From: Candidatus Bathyarchaeota archaeon
GTDB taxonomy: Archaea > Thermoproteota > Bathyarchaeia > Bathyarchaeales > Bathycorpusculaceae
Length of the DNA: 64,000 bases
Direction of reading: 5' to 3'
Assembly: GCA_963768425.1 (NCBI GenBank)
Contig: CAVYHV010000030.1
Coordinates: forward strand, 32,001 to 96,000
This document shows, piece by piece, positions 1 through 10,823 of the stretch (positions are counted from its first letter, which is position 1; each line of letters starts with the position of its first letter). Below the pieces are notes generated by a model. That model saw nothing but the letters and a program-made list of their open reading frames with translations. It did no database searches and was not told where the DNA came from. A program made the translations under genes and the position numbers.

Positions 1-1467
1 ACAAGTTTTGCGATGCCTGTCCCGTCAAGGTGCTTGAGGTTTTCTTTTTCGCAAAGTGCGCATACCCAAGCGGCGTACTGCATCACTTTGCTCTTCTGTT
101 CTATCCATAACGGTGTCGAATTCTGCTTTGATTTTGAAGAGCTCCCTAAAGTCAGGGTCTAACTCGAACATCATTTGGTAGAGGTAGGGGCTTCCAATCA
201 GGATCACTTTGGCTGTTAATGGAATCGGTTGTGGTTTGAGGGTTTTGACGCTGAGGAATCCGTAGCGTTCTTCAGGTTCCGCTATGGTCATGTTTCCGTC
301 TCTTAGGTCTCTTTTGAGGCCGTCGTAGGAGAACGGGTTTTGTAGCAACTCTTCAACTGGGACGATTAGGTATCCGCCGTTGGCTTTGTGGATTGAACCC
401 GCACGAATCATGCTGAAGTCGGTGGTTAATGCTCCGAACTGAGCTTCTTTCTCGGTTTTGCCAAGAAGGTTGGGGTACGTTGGGTTTGTTTCCATAACCA
501 CAGGGGCGCCTTTGGTTTCGGAGTTGTCGATGACAACGTTTACCTCGTATTTCTTGTAGGGGTCTTCACTCATCCAAGGCATCTGGAACGGAAACTGCTC
601 CTGCTGCTCGCCTCCTTGGCTTCTTCTGATGAACTGCTGAAGGTTATCCAGCATGTCATTCTCCACAGCTTTAAGATACTCTGTCACCTCCGCGGAATCA
701 CCATATTTCTCCCTGAGTCTTTCCACAAGATTGCCGATGGCGTAAAGTGCAACTTCCTTGTTTAGCTTCTTTAAGGCATCATGAATCTGTCTTTCCATAT
801 CGATGAGTTGACGCATCGTGTTCCTGAATTCTGTCTCCAGCGTTTCCCTTTTCTCTTGAAGTTTATCCTTCGTTTTCTGGGGCAACGCCAACATTTCTTC
901 TTCGCTGAGAGGTTTGCCGTCTAAAACTGGAATAAGTAGCAGGCCGATGGGTGTAGTTTGGATGACGAAGCCTTCGCGTTGAGCTTTTACATTTAGTTCT
1001 TCAATCAGCTGTTTTCTCTTTTCTTCTAAGCCCCGGATGGTGGCTTCCCTTCTTGCAGCGTAATCTTCACTTTCGAAAGCTTTTGGGAGCGCATTTTTTA
1101 CGTTTTCAATAAGATTCTTCATGTCATCTCGAAATTCTTTGCCTTTTCCCGCCGAAAGCTGTATGGCTTTTGGTTCGTATTGATTCCCGAAATTGTTAAC
1201 GTAGCACCAGTCAGGGGGGACAGGCTGAGTTTTAGCTTGGGCTTCAACGAAGCTTTTAACTGTTGTTTTTCTTCCTGTCCCAGGGTAACCTGCCACGTAC
1301 ATGTTGAATCCGTGGTTTTTTATTCCTAAGCCGAATTTTAAGGCGCGAACGGCTCTTTCTTGCCCGATGATCTCATCAAGGGGTGATAGTTCTTTTGTTG
1401 ATTCACATTGCATAAGGTCAGGGGGACATGTGTTTCTGAGTTTTTCCATTGGCAACTTGTTTACCAT
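1..1467 (-). CDS. Lon-like ATP-dependent protease (LonB/LonC-type AAA domain); runs off the window edge, with a frameshift near position 90
   Basis: IIGQERAVRALKFGL, Walker A GYPGTGRKT, GSIHKANGGYL, FRELFKIKAEFD; the frame continues after a 1-nt shift as KVMQYAAWVCALCEKENLKHLD. Confidence 0.85.
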
Positions 1468-1675
1468 GTCAGAGTCACTTCGTTAAACAGACAAAACCAG
1501 TTACAATTTTAATGAGGGTTGCTTCGTAATTAAGTTTCTGTTAGCTTAAAATCTATGTACTTAGGATCATGCGAGCGCAAAAACAAATTAAGGGTTGCTT
1601 GCCTGCAAATGTATGTCTATTCGATGAATCGATATCCGGGGGCAAAAATGTTTAGAAAAATCAACTTATTAATTT

Positions 1676-2224
1676 TCATTTTGGTGTTCGAACGAATTTT
1701 CTTAGGATTTCTTGGTTTCTAACTTCAGGGTGGAACAAGGTTCCGTAGATGCTTTTGCTTTTGTGCTTTATTAATTGAATGCACAGTGGCGATTTTGCCC
1801 AAACCTCAAAATCCGCTTTGGGTTCCAAGCAGATGCTGTGAAGCGAATAAGCCTTAAAGTCGCCTGAAAAAAGCGGGTTTTCCTTTACTGTGCTCACAGG
1901 GGTCATCCCGATTTCCAAACATCGCCTCAAACCCATGCCGTAAACCACTCCGATTGTTTGCATGCCAGCGCAGATGCCCAGCGTCGGCTTCTCCGTTTCC
2001 TTGAGCCATTGAAATTTGTCTGGCTGACTTAACGTAGCCGTATCCTTCAGTGGGGTTCCTGAAAGGATGATGACCTCGCACGCGCTAAGATCCTCGCTGG
2101 TTAAGTCAAGATAATGCTTGACAACCCACTTGTCTAAGGGTTTGGCAATTTCAATTATGGGTAACACGAACTCGAAATAGCCCAATGAATCCTTCTTGCA
2201 ATTCATGTCAACAATTAGGATCAT
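1676..2224 (-). CDS. Class I glutamine amidotransferase (GMP synthase glutaminase-like)
   Basis: Nucleophile elbow LGICAGMQ and His-Glu motif LFHPEV. Confidence 0.85.
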   Translation of the reverse strand: MILIVDMNCKKDSLGYFEFVLPIIEIAKPLDKWVVKHYLDLTSEDLSACEVIILSGTPLKDTATLSQPDKFQWLKETEKPTLGICAGMQTIGVVYGMGLRRCLEIGMTPVSTVKENPLFSGDFKAYSLHSICLEPKADFEVWAKSPLCIQLIKHKSKSIYGTLFHPEVRNQEILRKFVRTPK

Positions 2225-2901
2225 TTTTCGACCAGCCGCGCTCTGTTAATCTTAAACACTCCCGAGTTTCCCCTTGCTGTGGAGGTGTAATCGAGGATTT
2301 CGATTTTCTTTTTGAACAGTGGTGCGTCCAAAACGGTGGTTTCAATTTCGCCACCTTCCCCAGAAGGACTAATCGAGTATTTTTGTTGAAGGTCCAAAAG
2401 CCTACTTATAAGATTGGGGTCGATTTGTTTTCCAAGCCATTTCTCGTCAAGAGGGTACGCGAAAACCCCTGAGATAACCACTTCAAAGCGCTTTTGGACA
2501 AGTTCTTCCAAAAGGGCCTTCTGGTCATGTTTCCAAAGTGGGTTAAAACACCAAAGACCCAGGTTATTGCAAATGCGTTGAACGCGCTCCGTCTGGTAGA
2601 CCGACTCGACCGCGCCAGTCACGACACCTTCAATCTGGAATTCTTTGGCTGTTTGAGCGATGGCTTCTTCGAGGTCTAAGAGTTCTTTTTCTTTTTCACC
2701 CCGAGTCCTCTTTGCGATACGCGGAAGATTCAGGGCTTCAGCTTGAAGAGCCGTAATGTCGATGTTAGGTGTGTGAAACATGTAACTCTCCTTGTTTTCA
2801 GATAACAAAGTGACGAGGCAAACAACTTTTTCCACCTCTTCCGCGTAGTGAAGAGCAAGCGTAGAATCTTTGCCACCCGAAAACAGAACTCCCAGTCGCA
2901 T
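2221..2901 (-). CDS. dph6: Diphthine--ammonia ligase-like PP-loop ATPase (Dph6 family)
   Basis: N-terminal SGGKDS PP-loop, SYMFH, GEGGEIET. Confidence 0.85.
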   Translation of the reverse strand: MRLGVLFSGGKDSTLALHYAEEVEKVVCLVTLLSENKESYMFHTPNIDITALQAEALNLPRIAKRTRGEKEKELLDLEEAIAQTAKEFQIEGVVTGAVESVYQTERVQRICNNLGLWCFNPLWKHDQKALLEELVQKRFEVVISGVFAYPLDEKWLGKQIDPNLISRLLDLQQKYSISPSGEGGEIETTVLDAPLFKKKIEILDYTSTARGNSGVFKINRARLVEK

Positions 2902-2953
2902 GGCTAACTTAAAAAGAAAACCGACTAATATCCCTGTTTGACGAAATTGCTCT

Positions 2954-4150
2954 TTAAGCTTTTACGTTGCAGATATTGGGAATTGCCTTTAGCTCCTTTA
3001 TGATTTCGGGACTGACTTTTTGGTGGAGCACATACACTGATATTGCGTAGCCGCTGCTTCCTATTTGCCTCGAGTAATTAGCTCTTATGTTTATGTCGTT
3101 GTCAGCCAAAACCTTGTCGATGTTAGCGAAGACCCCTGGAACGTCACGGTGATGAATGAATAGAGTGTAGACGGGTTTTTCCTCAAGTTCGATGCTCTCT
3201 CCAGCGTTAACAGCGTTCAAGAAGTCGCCGCCCAGCAGGAATCCTGAAACTACCCGGGCTATTTCGGTTGACGTTTCCTTTTGAGCTTCAACAGTTGAGG
3301 CTCCTAGATGGCTGCTCAAAACTACGTTATCAAGCTCTTTGAGGTTGGTTTTGAATTCGGCGCCTTCAGCTTTGGGTTCATCAACGAAGACATCGAGTGC
3401 GGCTCCCGCAATTTTTCCTTCCTTTAAGGCTTTGTACAATGCTTGTTCGTTGATATTGTTGCCTCTCGAAGTGTTAATCAAATAGGCTGTTGGCTTCATC
3501 ATACCGAGTTCCCTTTCGCCGATAACCGCTTCCTTTCCGCCTGGAGTGTGAACACTCAAATAATCGGCTTTTGCCAAAACCTCTTCTTTCGTAATGAATT
3601 TTATGCCTGACTCTAAGCATGGCTTGATGTCGAAGCCGATAACTTCCATTTCAAAGCCTCGATGCGCGATTGCAGCCAGTCTTTGCCCGATTCTTCCGCA
3701 ACCCAAAATCCCCAAGGTTTTATAGGACAGTTCGTTGCCTTTCAGCTTCGCCTTTTTCCATTCGCCACCTTTCAGCGACTGATGAGCTTGGGGAGTTTTC
3801 CTTGAGATCGAAAGCATTAATCCGATGGCTAACTCTGCCACTGCGTTGGTGCTTCCGTAAGGGGCAGATTTTATCACTATCCCGTTTTCGGACGCTGCCG
3901 AAACATCGATGTTGTCATAACCTACACCTGCTCTTCCGATGATTTTGAGTTTGCCTTTTGCGCCTGCTTCGATAACTTGCCTTGTGACTTTGGTAGCGCT
4001 TCGCACGATTAGCGCATCGAAGCCATCGATGTCAGCTAAAAGCTTTTCTTCGTCTCGTTTATGCATGTCTGTTTCTATGCCAGCCTCTTCTAGCAGTTGT
4101 AAGCCTTCTTTTTCCAAACCATCGTTTAATAGCACTTTCATTTTAGCCAA
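2954..4150 (-). CDS. serA: D-3-phosphoglycerate dehydrogenase with C-terminal ACT domain
   Basis: IVRSATKV, GRAGVGYDNID, GILGCGRIG, HLGAST, ACT motif HRDVPGV. Confidence 0.9.
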   Translation of the reverse strand: MAKMKVLLNDGLEKEGLQLLEEAGIETDMHKRDEEKLLADIDGFDALIVRSATKVTRQVIEAGAKGKLKIIGRAGVGYDNIDVSAASENGIVIKSAPYGSTNAVAELAIGLMLSISRKTPQAHQSLKGGEWKKAKLKGNELSYKTLGILGCGRIGQRLAAIAHRGFEMEVIGFDIKPCLESGIKFITKEEVLAKADYLSVHTPGGKEAVIGERELGMMKPTAYLINTSRGNNINEQALYKALKEGKIAGAALDVFVDEPKAEGAEFKTNLKELDNVVLSSHLGASTVEAQKETSTEIARVVSGFLLGGDFLNAVNAGESIELEEKPVYTLFIHHRDVPGVFANIDKVLADNDINIRANYSRQIGSSGYAISVYVLHQKVSPEIIKELKAIPNICNVKA

Positions 4151-4244
4151 CTCCTCCTATGCTTAGCAAGTTGGTGATTTAAGCTGATTGGCAGTCTACG
4201 ATAATAAATATTCTCAGAAGCAACGTTTTTGCTTTCATTCTGAG

Positions 4245-4529
4245 TTAGATTTTCTTTTTCAAGGCAGCAACTTGTTGCTTGCTCAAACGGGCAGTTGCTA
4301 CATTAAAGGTTGATACTTCATGACAGTAGGGACAGCGCAGCCGACGCATGTTTCCACGGTAAATGGAAATGAAGCTTGCTCCTGGAACCCAATGATAATT
4401 AAATTGCCTTTTGCATTTCGGGCAGGTTAACCTCGAAATTGTGTGGGGTCCGTACCTTGGTAGTAGCATAAAAACAACTATGAAAACAATAGCGGTAATT
4501 ATTACGTAGAATATTAGAAGATCTACCAT
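4245..4529 (-). CDS. Small membrane-anchored zinc-ribbon protein
   Basis: N-terminal hydrophobic helix, CPKC and CPYC pairs. Confidence 0.65.
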   Translation of the reverse strand: MVDLLIFYVIITAIVFIVVFMLLPRYGPHTISRLTCPKCKRQFNYHWVPGASFISIYRGNMRRLRCPYCHEVSTFNVATARLSKQQVAALKKKI

Positions 4530-4641
4530 TGGTTTTCAGTTTTCAAAATGAGTATGTTTTGCTTATTAATATTTAGCCTTACTTTTTCAAGTCCACAGTC
4601 AAATTTGCCTAGTTTCGTAATAGCGCAAAAAGAGTTGGAGA

Positions 4642-5979
4642 CTACGCCTTTCTTGCGTAGGATAGAGCCTCTTCGATGTTTTGGAACCCGTATTTGACTT
4701 CGCTGAACTCTTTTGTCAGCATTTGCACATCTTGTTTGATCTGTGCAGGCGTCCGTTTGCCTTTTATAACGTCGAGCATTAGGTCACAGAGGTGTTTAAT
4801 GTCTCCTTCTCCAAGGCCCCTTCGGGTTACATCTTGGAAGCCGATTCTTAGCCCTGAGGGATTTTCTTTGCTGCTTTGGTCATCATAGGGCAAGAGGTTC
4901 TTGTTGAGGATTATGTTTGCGTCTTCGAGGTCTTGAGCAATCTTGTTGCCGCCGCCGAAACTGCGGATGTCAACGGCGATTTGGTGGCTCTTTGTAAAGC
5001 CTTTCTTTTCAGCTAGGACTTTGATACCGTTTTCAAACAGGTATTGCCCAGCGGTCTGAGCGTTCTTCACTATTTGTTTTGCGAAGTCCGCACCGAAAAG
5101 TTTCATCTCTAAAGATGCGACACCGAGAGCTGGCAACCTGCCCAGATGCGTGTTTGACGCTGTAAGTGGGAAAATGGCGAATTGGATTTTTTTGACCGCT
5201 TTTTCCAATGCTGGATTGTTCTGGTTTCCCATTATGACTCCGCCCTGTGGACCTGGGAAAGTTTTATGGGTTGAGGAAGTGATGAAATCAGCGCCTTCAC
5301 GAAGTGGGTCTTGGAATTGGCCTCCAGCTATTAAGCCTAGAACGTGCGATGCGTCGTAGGCTACATATGCGCCAACTTCGTCGCAGACAGCTTTTAACTC
5401 TTTAACTGGGTGCGGAAAAAGGAAGAGGCTGCCGCCGAATGTGACGATGCCGGGTTTGGCTGCTCGTATGACGTAGGCTGATTTTTCTGCATCAATGTTG
5501 AATTCGTCTGTGTCGTAAACATGGTTGATGTTATCTAAGCCTAGTATGTTGCCTGCTAAACCCGTATAGTCGTGTGAAATGTGGGCTCCGCAGCTTAGAG
5601 GTGTGACAACCATCTTGTTGTTTTTTGAAGCTAAAGACAAGCCTTTAAAAGTAGCTAGGTTCGCGTGGGTGCCCGAAACTAAGCGTACGTCTGCCCAGTC
5701 AGCTTTGAAGAGGCTCTTCATCAGGTCTGTTGCTAAATCTTCAATTTGGCACATGTACTTCTGTCCCTGATAATAACGTTTTTTGACATGGCCCTCTCGG
5801 TCATTGTCTCCTTCCGCGTACCTTTGTGCCAAGTCATGAGAGAAACATAGCATCTGATTGACAGCAGGAGACTTTAGTCCCTCGCTCGCAATCATGTTGA
5901 TACACTCTTTTTCGCGGTATTGCTCGTGTTTGCGGCTCGCCGAAATCAAGTTTTCGAATAGGTCTGAGAAATTGTCCAT
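4642..5979 (-). CDS. glyA: Serine hydroxymethyltransferase
   Basis: INMIASE, KRYYQG, SGTHAN, PLP-lysine motif SSTHKTFPGPQGG, SGLRIG; start at MDNF inferred. Confidence 0.93.
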   Translation of the reverse strand: MDNFSDLFENLISASRKHEQYREKECINMIASEGLKSPAVNQMLCFSHDLAQRYAEGDNDREGHVKKRYYQGQKYMCQIEDLATDLMKSLFKADWADVRLVSGTHANLATFKGLSLASKNNKMVVTPLSCGAHISHDYTGLAGNILGLDNINHVYDTDEFNIDAEKSAYVIRAAKPGIVTFGGSLFLFPHPVKELKAVCDEVGAYVAYDASHVLGLIAGGQFQDPLREGADFITSSTHKTFPGPQGGVIMGNQNNPALEKAVKKIQFAIFPLTASNTHLGRLPALGVASLEMKLFGADFAKQIVKNAQTAGQYLFENGIKVLAEKKGFTKSHQIAVDIRSFGGGNKIAQDLEDANIILNKNLLPYDDQSSKENPSGLRIGFQDVTRRGLGEGDIKHLCDLMLDVIKGKRTPAQIKQDVQMLTKEFSEVKYGFQNIEEALSYARKA

Positions 5980-6074
5980 TTTAAGCTCTTCCCACGCTTG
6001 AATAATCAACCGAATTGCACTTTGGACTATTTAGCCGTTACTAGGTTCATGTAAGCTTCAAAGGTTCATTCTTG

Positions 6075-6503
6075 TCATAGCATGTACATTACTATGTAGA
6101 ATATTTCTCCTGAAAGGAACGCAAACCACCAGATATAGAAAAGAGGTGAAGTCAGTAAGCGGTGATAACGGTTTTGTTTTTTTGCGCAAAGTGCCCAAAA
6201 ACCCGTAATAAGTGCCAGAATTTCCAGGGTCATGACAATAATGGCTACTGGCACGTGAACAACCATGAAGTAAATGTTTAGAAGAGGAGTCATTTGCAAT
6301 GTTTCTCCGTTCACGGCTCCGCCAAATGTTCGGTAAACCATGTAGCCTATTGAGACCGAAAGATCCCAAACAATAGCTGCAAATCCGGAAACCGGGTGAA
6401 AACGCTTCTTGCTTCTTCCAGTTAAGAATGCGTGGACAAACAGAAAAGCCACGGGAATCAAAGCGATTGCGACAAATGTGCTTGCAAACGGAGCAGTTGT
6501 CAT
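6075..6503 (-). CDS. Four-TM membrane protein with conserved His (DUF420-like)
   Basis: Four hydrophobic segments with RFHP, VHVP and RYHR histidines. Confidence 0.6.
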   Translation of the reverse strand: MTTAPFASTFVAIALIPVAFLFVHAFLTGRSKKRFHPVSGFAAIVWDLSVSIGYMVYRTFGGAVNGETLQMTPLLNIYFMVVHVPVAIIVMTLEILALITGFWALCAKKQNRYHRLLTSPLFYIWWFAFLSGEIFYIVMYML

Positions 6504-6542
6504 TATGTATCACCAATGGTTCAATGGGGTATGGAGGGCTTG

Positions 6543-7364
6543 CTAATTAAGGGTACGGTTTTTTGTTTCCGTTTGTATTGGGGTCTGAGTTATTTTTGCA
6601 ACGACTACTCCGCCTGACAAGATGCTGTTGTTGAGGAAGGTTATTTCTTTTCCAGAATCTAATTGGATGGCAGTGTTGAGTGCGGTGATTTCTTTGACTG
6701 TGCCTTGTTCGTTCATGAATGAAGTTACTACTCGATCGCCTACCTTGTAGTGTAGTCTGCTTTCTTTCAGCGTTTCATTTTCACGGACTGCTGTTATGAT
6801 TACTCCACCAGATGCGATGGCGCCGTTTGGAATGGTGATTTGACCTACATCTGTTTGAATTCTCATGACAAGAGCCGTCATTTCAATGACCTTTCCAGGG
6901 ATGCTGTTGACCATCACGTTATCTCCAACCTTAAACTTGTAGTTGGCGAAAACTAGAAAACCTGACAGGATGCTGCCGACGAACGTGGATATGACTAAGC
7001 CCGCGGTGATGGAGATTATTCCTGCACCTGTTAGTAGGTCAGTTGAGCGAACACCGATGGTTTCTAGAATTCCAAAAGTCGCGAACAGAAGGGCGATCAG
7101 AATCATTACGTAGTAGATTATCGTTGACGCTTGGGTGCCCATTTGCTGTGTCATAAAAACTCTAAAACGCAGTATGATTCCTATTGCAGCCAGAGAAAAA
7201 CCAATAATGATGATTATTCTCACTGCCTCGCCTATGATCTGGGTGAAACTGATGGGTTGAGGTTCAATGAATTGGTTGAAAAGGTAGATGGCGGCAACCG
7301 TTAAAGCTAATGTTACGATTAAGTAAACGAAGAGTCGTTGTAATGATGGTATAACTTTAGCCAT
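6543..7364 (-). CDS. MscS-family mechanosensitive channel with a duplicated beta domain
   Basis: Three TMs, FKVGDNV...GKVIEM...ITIPN; second copy YKVGDRV...GTVKEI...ITFLN. Confidence 0.8.
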   Translation of the reverse strand: MAKVIPSLQRLFVYLIVTLALTVAAIYLFNQFIEPQPISFTQIIGEAVRIIIIIGFSLAAIGIILRFRVFMTQQMGTQASTIIYYVMILIALLFATFGILETIGVRSTDLLTGAGIISITAGLVISTFVGSILSGFLVFANYKFKVGDNVMVNSIPGKVIEMTALVMRIQTDVGQITIPNGAIASGGVIITAVRENETLKESRLHYKVGDRVVTSFMNEQGTVKEITALNTAIQLDSGKEITFLNNSILSGGVVVAKITQTPIQTETKNRTLN

Positions 7365-7628
7365 TTTAAACCTTCATAGCCAATAGTTTGCGAGCATGTT
7401 TCTATAGTTTTCCCAGCCACTTTGTTTTCTTGCTCTTTACATTAGGTTTTTATAACATTTATCGATGTTCGAAAATGATATATGCGTTCTAAAAGAATAG
7501 TTTAGTTATGTCTGCGCCCAACTGCCCGTGCCCGAAGAAAGATTGCCTCCGTCATGCTAATTGTCAAGAATGCGTGGACTATCATAAGGCGAAGAATGAG
7601 TCGCCGTTTTGCGCCAGGTAAATTGCAG

Positions 7629-7871
7629 ATGACTAAAGAATCAGACATGGACGCCCGAAGGAAACGGATGAAAATACAGGCAAAGTTCTGGAACCAAGTC
7701 GGCGCATCGGAACATGTTAACTTGCCCAAGCTGGAAGACGCTATTAGAAAAGAATTTGACTCTGCTGACGACAGGTTTGTAGAGGCGCAGGTTCGGCTAA
7801 TGCGGTCTGAAGGGCTAGTGAGCGTGCAGGAGAAAGCTAAGGTTTGGATCAAGCAGCCTAATGAGGGTTGA
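7629..7871 (+). CDS. Hypothetical small protein (possibly winged-helix-like)
   Basis: Open frame with charged helical composition; start uncertain (7554, 7629 or later). Confidence 0.45.
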   Translation: MTKESDMDARRKRMKIQAKFWNQVGASEHVNLPKLEDAIRKEFDSADDRFVEAQVRLMRSEGLVSVQEKAKVWIKQPNEG

Positions 7872-7904
7872 TGGATTTTTCCCAGCAACAATTCCGGTAA
7901 TGAA

Positions 7905-9122
7905 CTATTCTTTTTCCAGCCAGTTTCTCGAGTGCATCACTGTTTGCCCAGCAACTTTCAAAGACAACGCGTCCTCATACGGACATGCCTCAACGCATCT
8001 TGCGCACAGGATGCATCGGGATTCTGTTACGTCGCCTCCCTTCTTCTCATAAACATCCGTCGCTTGAGTGGGGCAAACCCGCTTGCAAACGCCGCATTTC
8101 GTACATTTCTGTTCATTTTTCTCCAATTTGGTAATCGCTATTTGCTTGAAAGGCGTAAAACTACTAAACGCTGCGGTTATGGCTCCCAACGGGCAGATCC
8201 TGCAGAAGAACCGCCTGTAAGCTAACGCCAAAGCTGTGATTACGATTAGACTGATAATGTTTATGGATGAAATGTAGCCGCCTCGAATAGCTAGTGGCCC
8301 ATAAATGATCTGGGAAACGTAAGAGTACTTCATAGAACCTACGGCACACTCAACCAACACGCAAAGTGGGCGCATTGGACAAACCAAGCAGAAAGGTTCA
8401 TTGAGGAACCCGACGTTGCCCGCCTCGGTTCCTTCAGGTCCACCCGGGTTTGTGCCCGGAATCAGTTGATGACCGAAAATCTCGTATGACGCGAAAATAA
8501 CACTTAGAATTAGGAAAATCGCAATTATTACCCACCTTGATTGACTAAGCGCCTTGTTAGTCTTCTGTGAAAAGCTCAAGTGCTTGAGCCGAGATGCCTT
8601 CCGCACGCGCGTCAACAAATCCTGATAGAGGCCAAACGGGCATAACCAACCACAGAAAAACCTCCCTAAAATTATAGCTGCCAAAGCAACCAAACCAATG
8701 ACGATGCCTATTTTCTCAAGACCTGAAGTTGAGTAAACGACGTCGTAGCCTCTTGCGTAATTCCAAAATGGGAAAATATATGCTTGAATCTGCCAGATTG
8801 GACAGGTCACCGTTCTTCCATTGGGATAATAGCAAGCTAGGACTGGTAGAGAAATGCCGTCCGGGAACTGATTGCCTAGCAGGTTGCCTCCAAGCAGAAG
8901 GCTGCGTGGAGATATCCCCAGAGGCGCGTACAGCGGAACATCGAATGGACCTAAAATCAACCCCATGAAAAACGCAAAGACAGCGGCAACTTGGACAAAA
9001 AGCCTGAGCGAACTTATGTTCTTAGTTTTGTCTTTGGTCAATTTGTAGATAAGGAGGATTCCGACTACAACTACGACGACATATATGGGCAACACTATGT
9101 AACTGGGGTTCTGCCACGTCAC
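7905..9122 (-). CDS. Membrane 4Fe-4S binding protein (NapH/MauN/YccM-like)
   Basis: GRFFCGWLCPFG, RFFCRICPLG, CTKCGVCKRVCP and CILCARCVEACP. Confidence 0.88.
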   Translation of the reverse strand: MTWQNPSYIVLPIYVVVVVVGILLIYKLTKDKTKNISSLRLFVQVAAVFAFFMGLILGPFDVPLYAPLGISPRSLLLGGNLLGNQFPDGISLPVLACYYPNGRTVTCPIWQIQAYIFPFWNYARGYDVVYSTSGLEKIGIVIGLVALAAIILGRFFCGWLCPFGLYQDLLTRVRKASRLKHLSFSQKTNKALSQSRWVIIAIFLILSVIFASYEIFGHQLIPGTNPGGPEGTEAGNVGFLNEPFCLVCPMRPLCVLVECAVGSMKYSYVSQIIYGPLAIRGGYISSINIISLIVITALALAYRRFFCRICPLGAITAAFSSFTPFKQIAITKLEKNEQKCTKCGVCKRVCPTQATDVYEKKGGDVTESRCILCARCVEACPYEDALSLKVAGQTVMHSRNWLEKE

Positions 9123-9170
9123 AGGAAAATCCTCCGCGACCTTCCAGACTCCGAAACCGCCAAGTCCCGC

Positions 9171-9800
9171 CTAAGCAATTTGGCTCAACTCCTTCCCTTG
9201 CCGCCTCTTAACCTCAACCTTCAAAACCACAGCCACAACAATTGTTACTGTGACAGCCACGGTTACAACAATTGCAACTGAATGTGCCTCATAGAAAGGC
9301 AAGTTGGAAACTCCCAGCTGACTCAAAAAGCCAAAATAAATTACGGTTATGTTACCAGTTAAGCCAGTCACAGTTACAGTTCCGTCGTGCGAGACACTCC
9401 AGTCGTTGCTTACGAAGGTACCGTTAGTCAAGATGACCCAGTCGACACTGCTTCCCCCATTTACTCCTACATCCATGTTTATTATCTGCTCACCTTTGCC
9501 TTGAGCTATATAGTTTAGGCGTTCGTTTGGAAAATAAACAGTTGTAACGAAATGCCCGTAAACGGTAACGTTTGAGTTCTTGGCTGAAATCGTGAAGTTT
9601 TCTAAAGGATCAGAGCCAATAAGGTGTAGATTTGTAAAAACCCAGTTGTTATCTTCAAACGTCGCTGACGAGTAGTTTCCACTTACCCCAAAGTTAATGA
9701 CGCCGTTGTAGGCGGGAATGCCGAATTTTGTATCAGGCCCAAATGCCTTGCTGCTTTGAGCCAGAGAGTTGGGACAAAAAAATGGCAAAAAGAGCGCCAA
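9171..9800 (-). CDS. Secreted beta-rich protein with C-terminal membrane anchor
   Basis: Signal-like N-terminus, Asn/Ser/Thr-rich body, C-terminal TM followed by KRR. Confidence 0.6.
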   Translation of the reverse strand: MALFLPFFCPNSLAQSSKAFGPDTKFGIPAYNGVINFGVSGNYSSATFEDNNWVFTNLHLIGSDPLENFTISAKNSNVTVYGHFVTTVYFPNERLNYIAQGKGEQIINMDVGVNGGSSVDWVILTNGTFVSNDWSVSHDGTVTVTGLTGNITVIYFGFLSQLGVSNLPFYEAHSVAIVVTVAVTVTIVVAVVLKVEVKRRQGKELSQIA

Positions 9801-10115
9801 AATGATTATGGCGATTCCAAATGCAGCGCCGTTTCTAGTAATGCCACTTGCCCTCCCGCATTTTCCATATAATAATTTCTTTTAGCTATAAGGCTTTTCA
9901 GACTCCGTAATCTTCCATTAAAGTTCTCAGCCTTGTAAAATATTATGATAATGGCAAACACGGCAAGACTTTCCCAGACATGCCTTGGGAACCAAAGGAA
10001 TCTTTCAGGGCTGTGGCAGATTATTACGCTAAGCATTGATCGACTCTACTCTCCGGGGAAGTTTGCCTAGTTTATTTATAATCGTGAACCACACCTCTAA
10101 GAATAGGCATATTGA

Positions 10116-10382
10116 ATGGCTGCGCGGGCAAAAGCCAACATTCGGCTAAAACTTCAGTCTGAGGAACAATTGACCACCCTTCTCCAGGCTCTCGATCCTG
10201 AAGCCAAAGCGACTATGACGAGACGCGCCATTGTGAAACTTGAAGAAGACGGCTTGTCTCTCGTGCTAAAAGTTGAAGCGGAGGATACTGTTGCATTGCG
10301 GGCAACTCTAAACGCTTATTTGAGATGGATGGGTACGGTGATTAATGTTATTGATGTAGTAAGCGAAGCTAAGCTTGGGTAG
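10116..10382 (+). CDS. pcc1: KEOPS complex subunit Pcc1
   Basis: ALDPE...L.VEAEDTVALRATLNAYLRW signature. Confidence 0.88.
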   Translation: MAARAKANIRLKLQSEEQLTTLLQALDPEAKATMTRRAIVKLEEDGLSLVLKVEAEDTVALRATLNAYLRWMGTVINVIDVVSEAKLG

Positions 10383-10385
10383 TTG

Positions 10386-10643
10386 TTATTTGTATTTGGC
10401 TTTGAAAACTAAGATTGCCAGTGCTTGAATGAATGCTAATGAATTCGCGAGTATGATGGGCAAGTCTTTGATGAAGATACCATAGACGAACCACAAGAAA
10501 ACGCCGCCGCAGAAAAGTGCAAACATCCCTGTTGAGATATCTTTGGTTGACTTGGTTTTCCAAACTTTCATCAACTGTGGAAGAAGCGAAACCGTGGTAA
10601 AGGCTGCAGCGATTAAGCCAACGATTGTTATAGTGTCTATCAT
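10386..10643 (-). CDS. SemiSWEET (PQ-loop) sugar transporter
   Basis: TTVSLLPQ..KVWKTKSTKDIS, LWFVYG, PIILAN. Confidence 0.9.
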   Translation of the reverse strand: MIDTITIVGLIAAAFTTVSLLPQLMKVWKTKSTKDISTGMFALFCGGVFLWFVYGIFIKDLPIILANSLAFIQALAILVFKAKYK

Positions 10644-10823
10644 GCTCTTACGCCTATAGCTTGCCAATGAACAGTATTTAGGTTTCGCTTACAAGTCAAA
10701 CAGCCTTCTTCATGCGAGGGTTGTTGATGTAGCTGCACAATCACAAATGTTCTTAAAACAAGTTAGCTCTCTCAACCTTGAGAGTACAACCTGGTTCAGA
10801 ATCTTTGTTCTCTTACTGAAACG

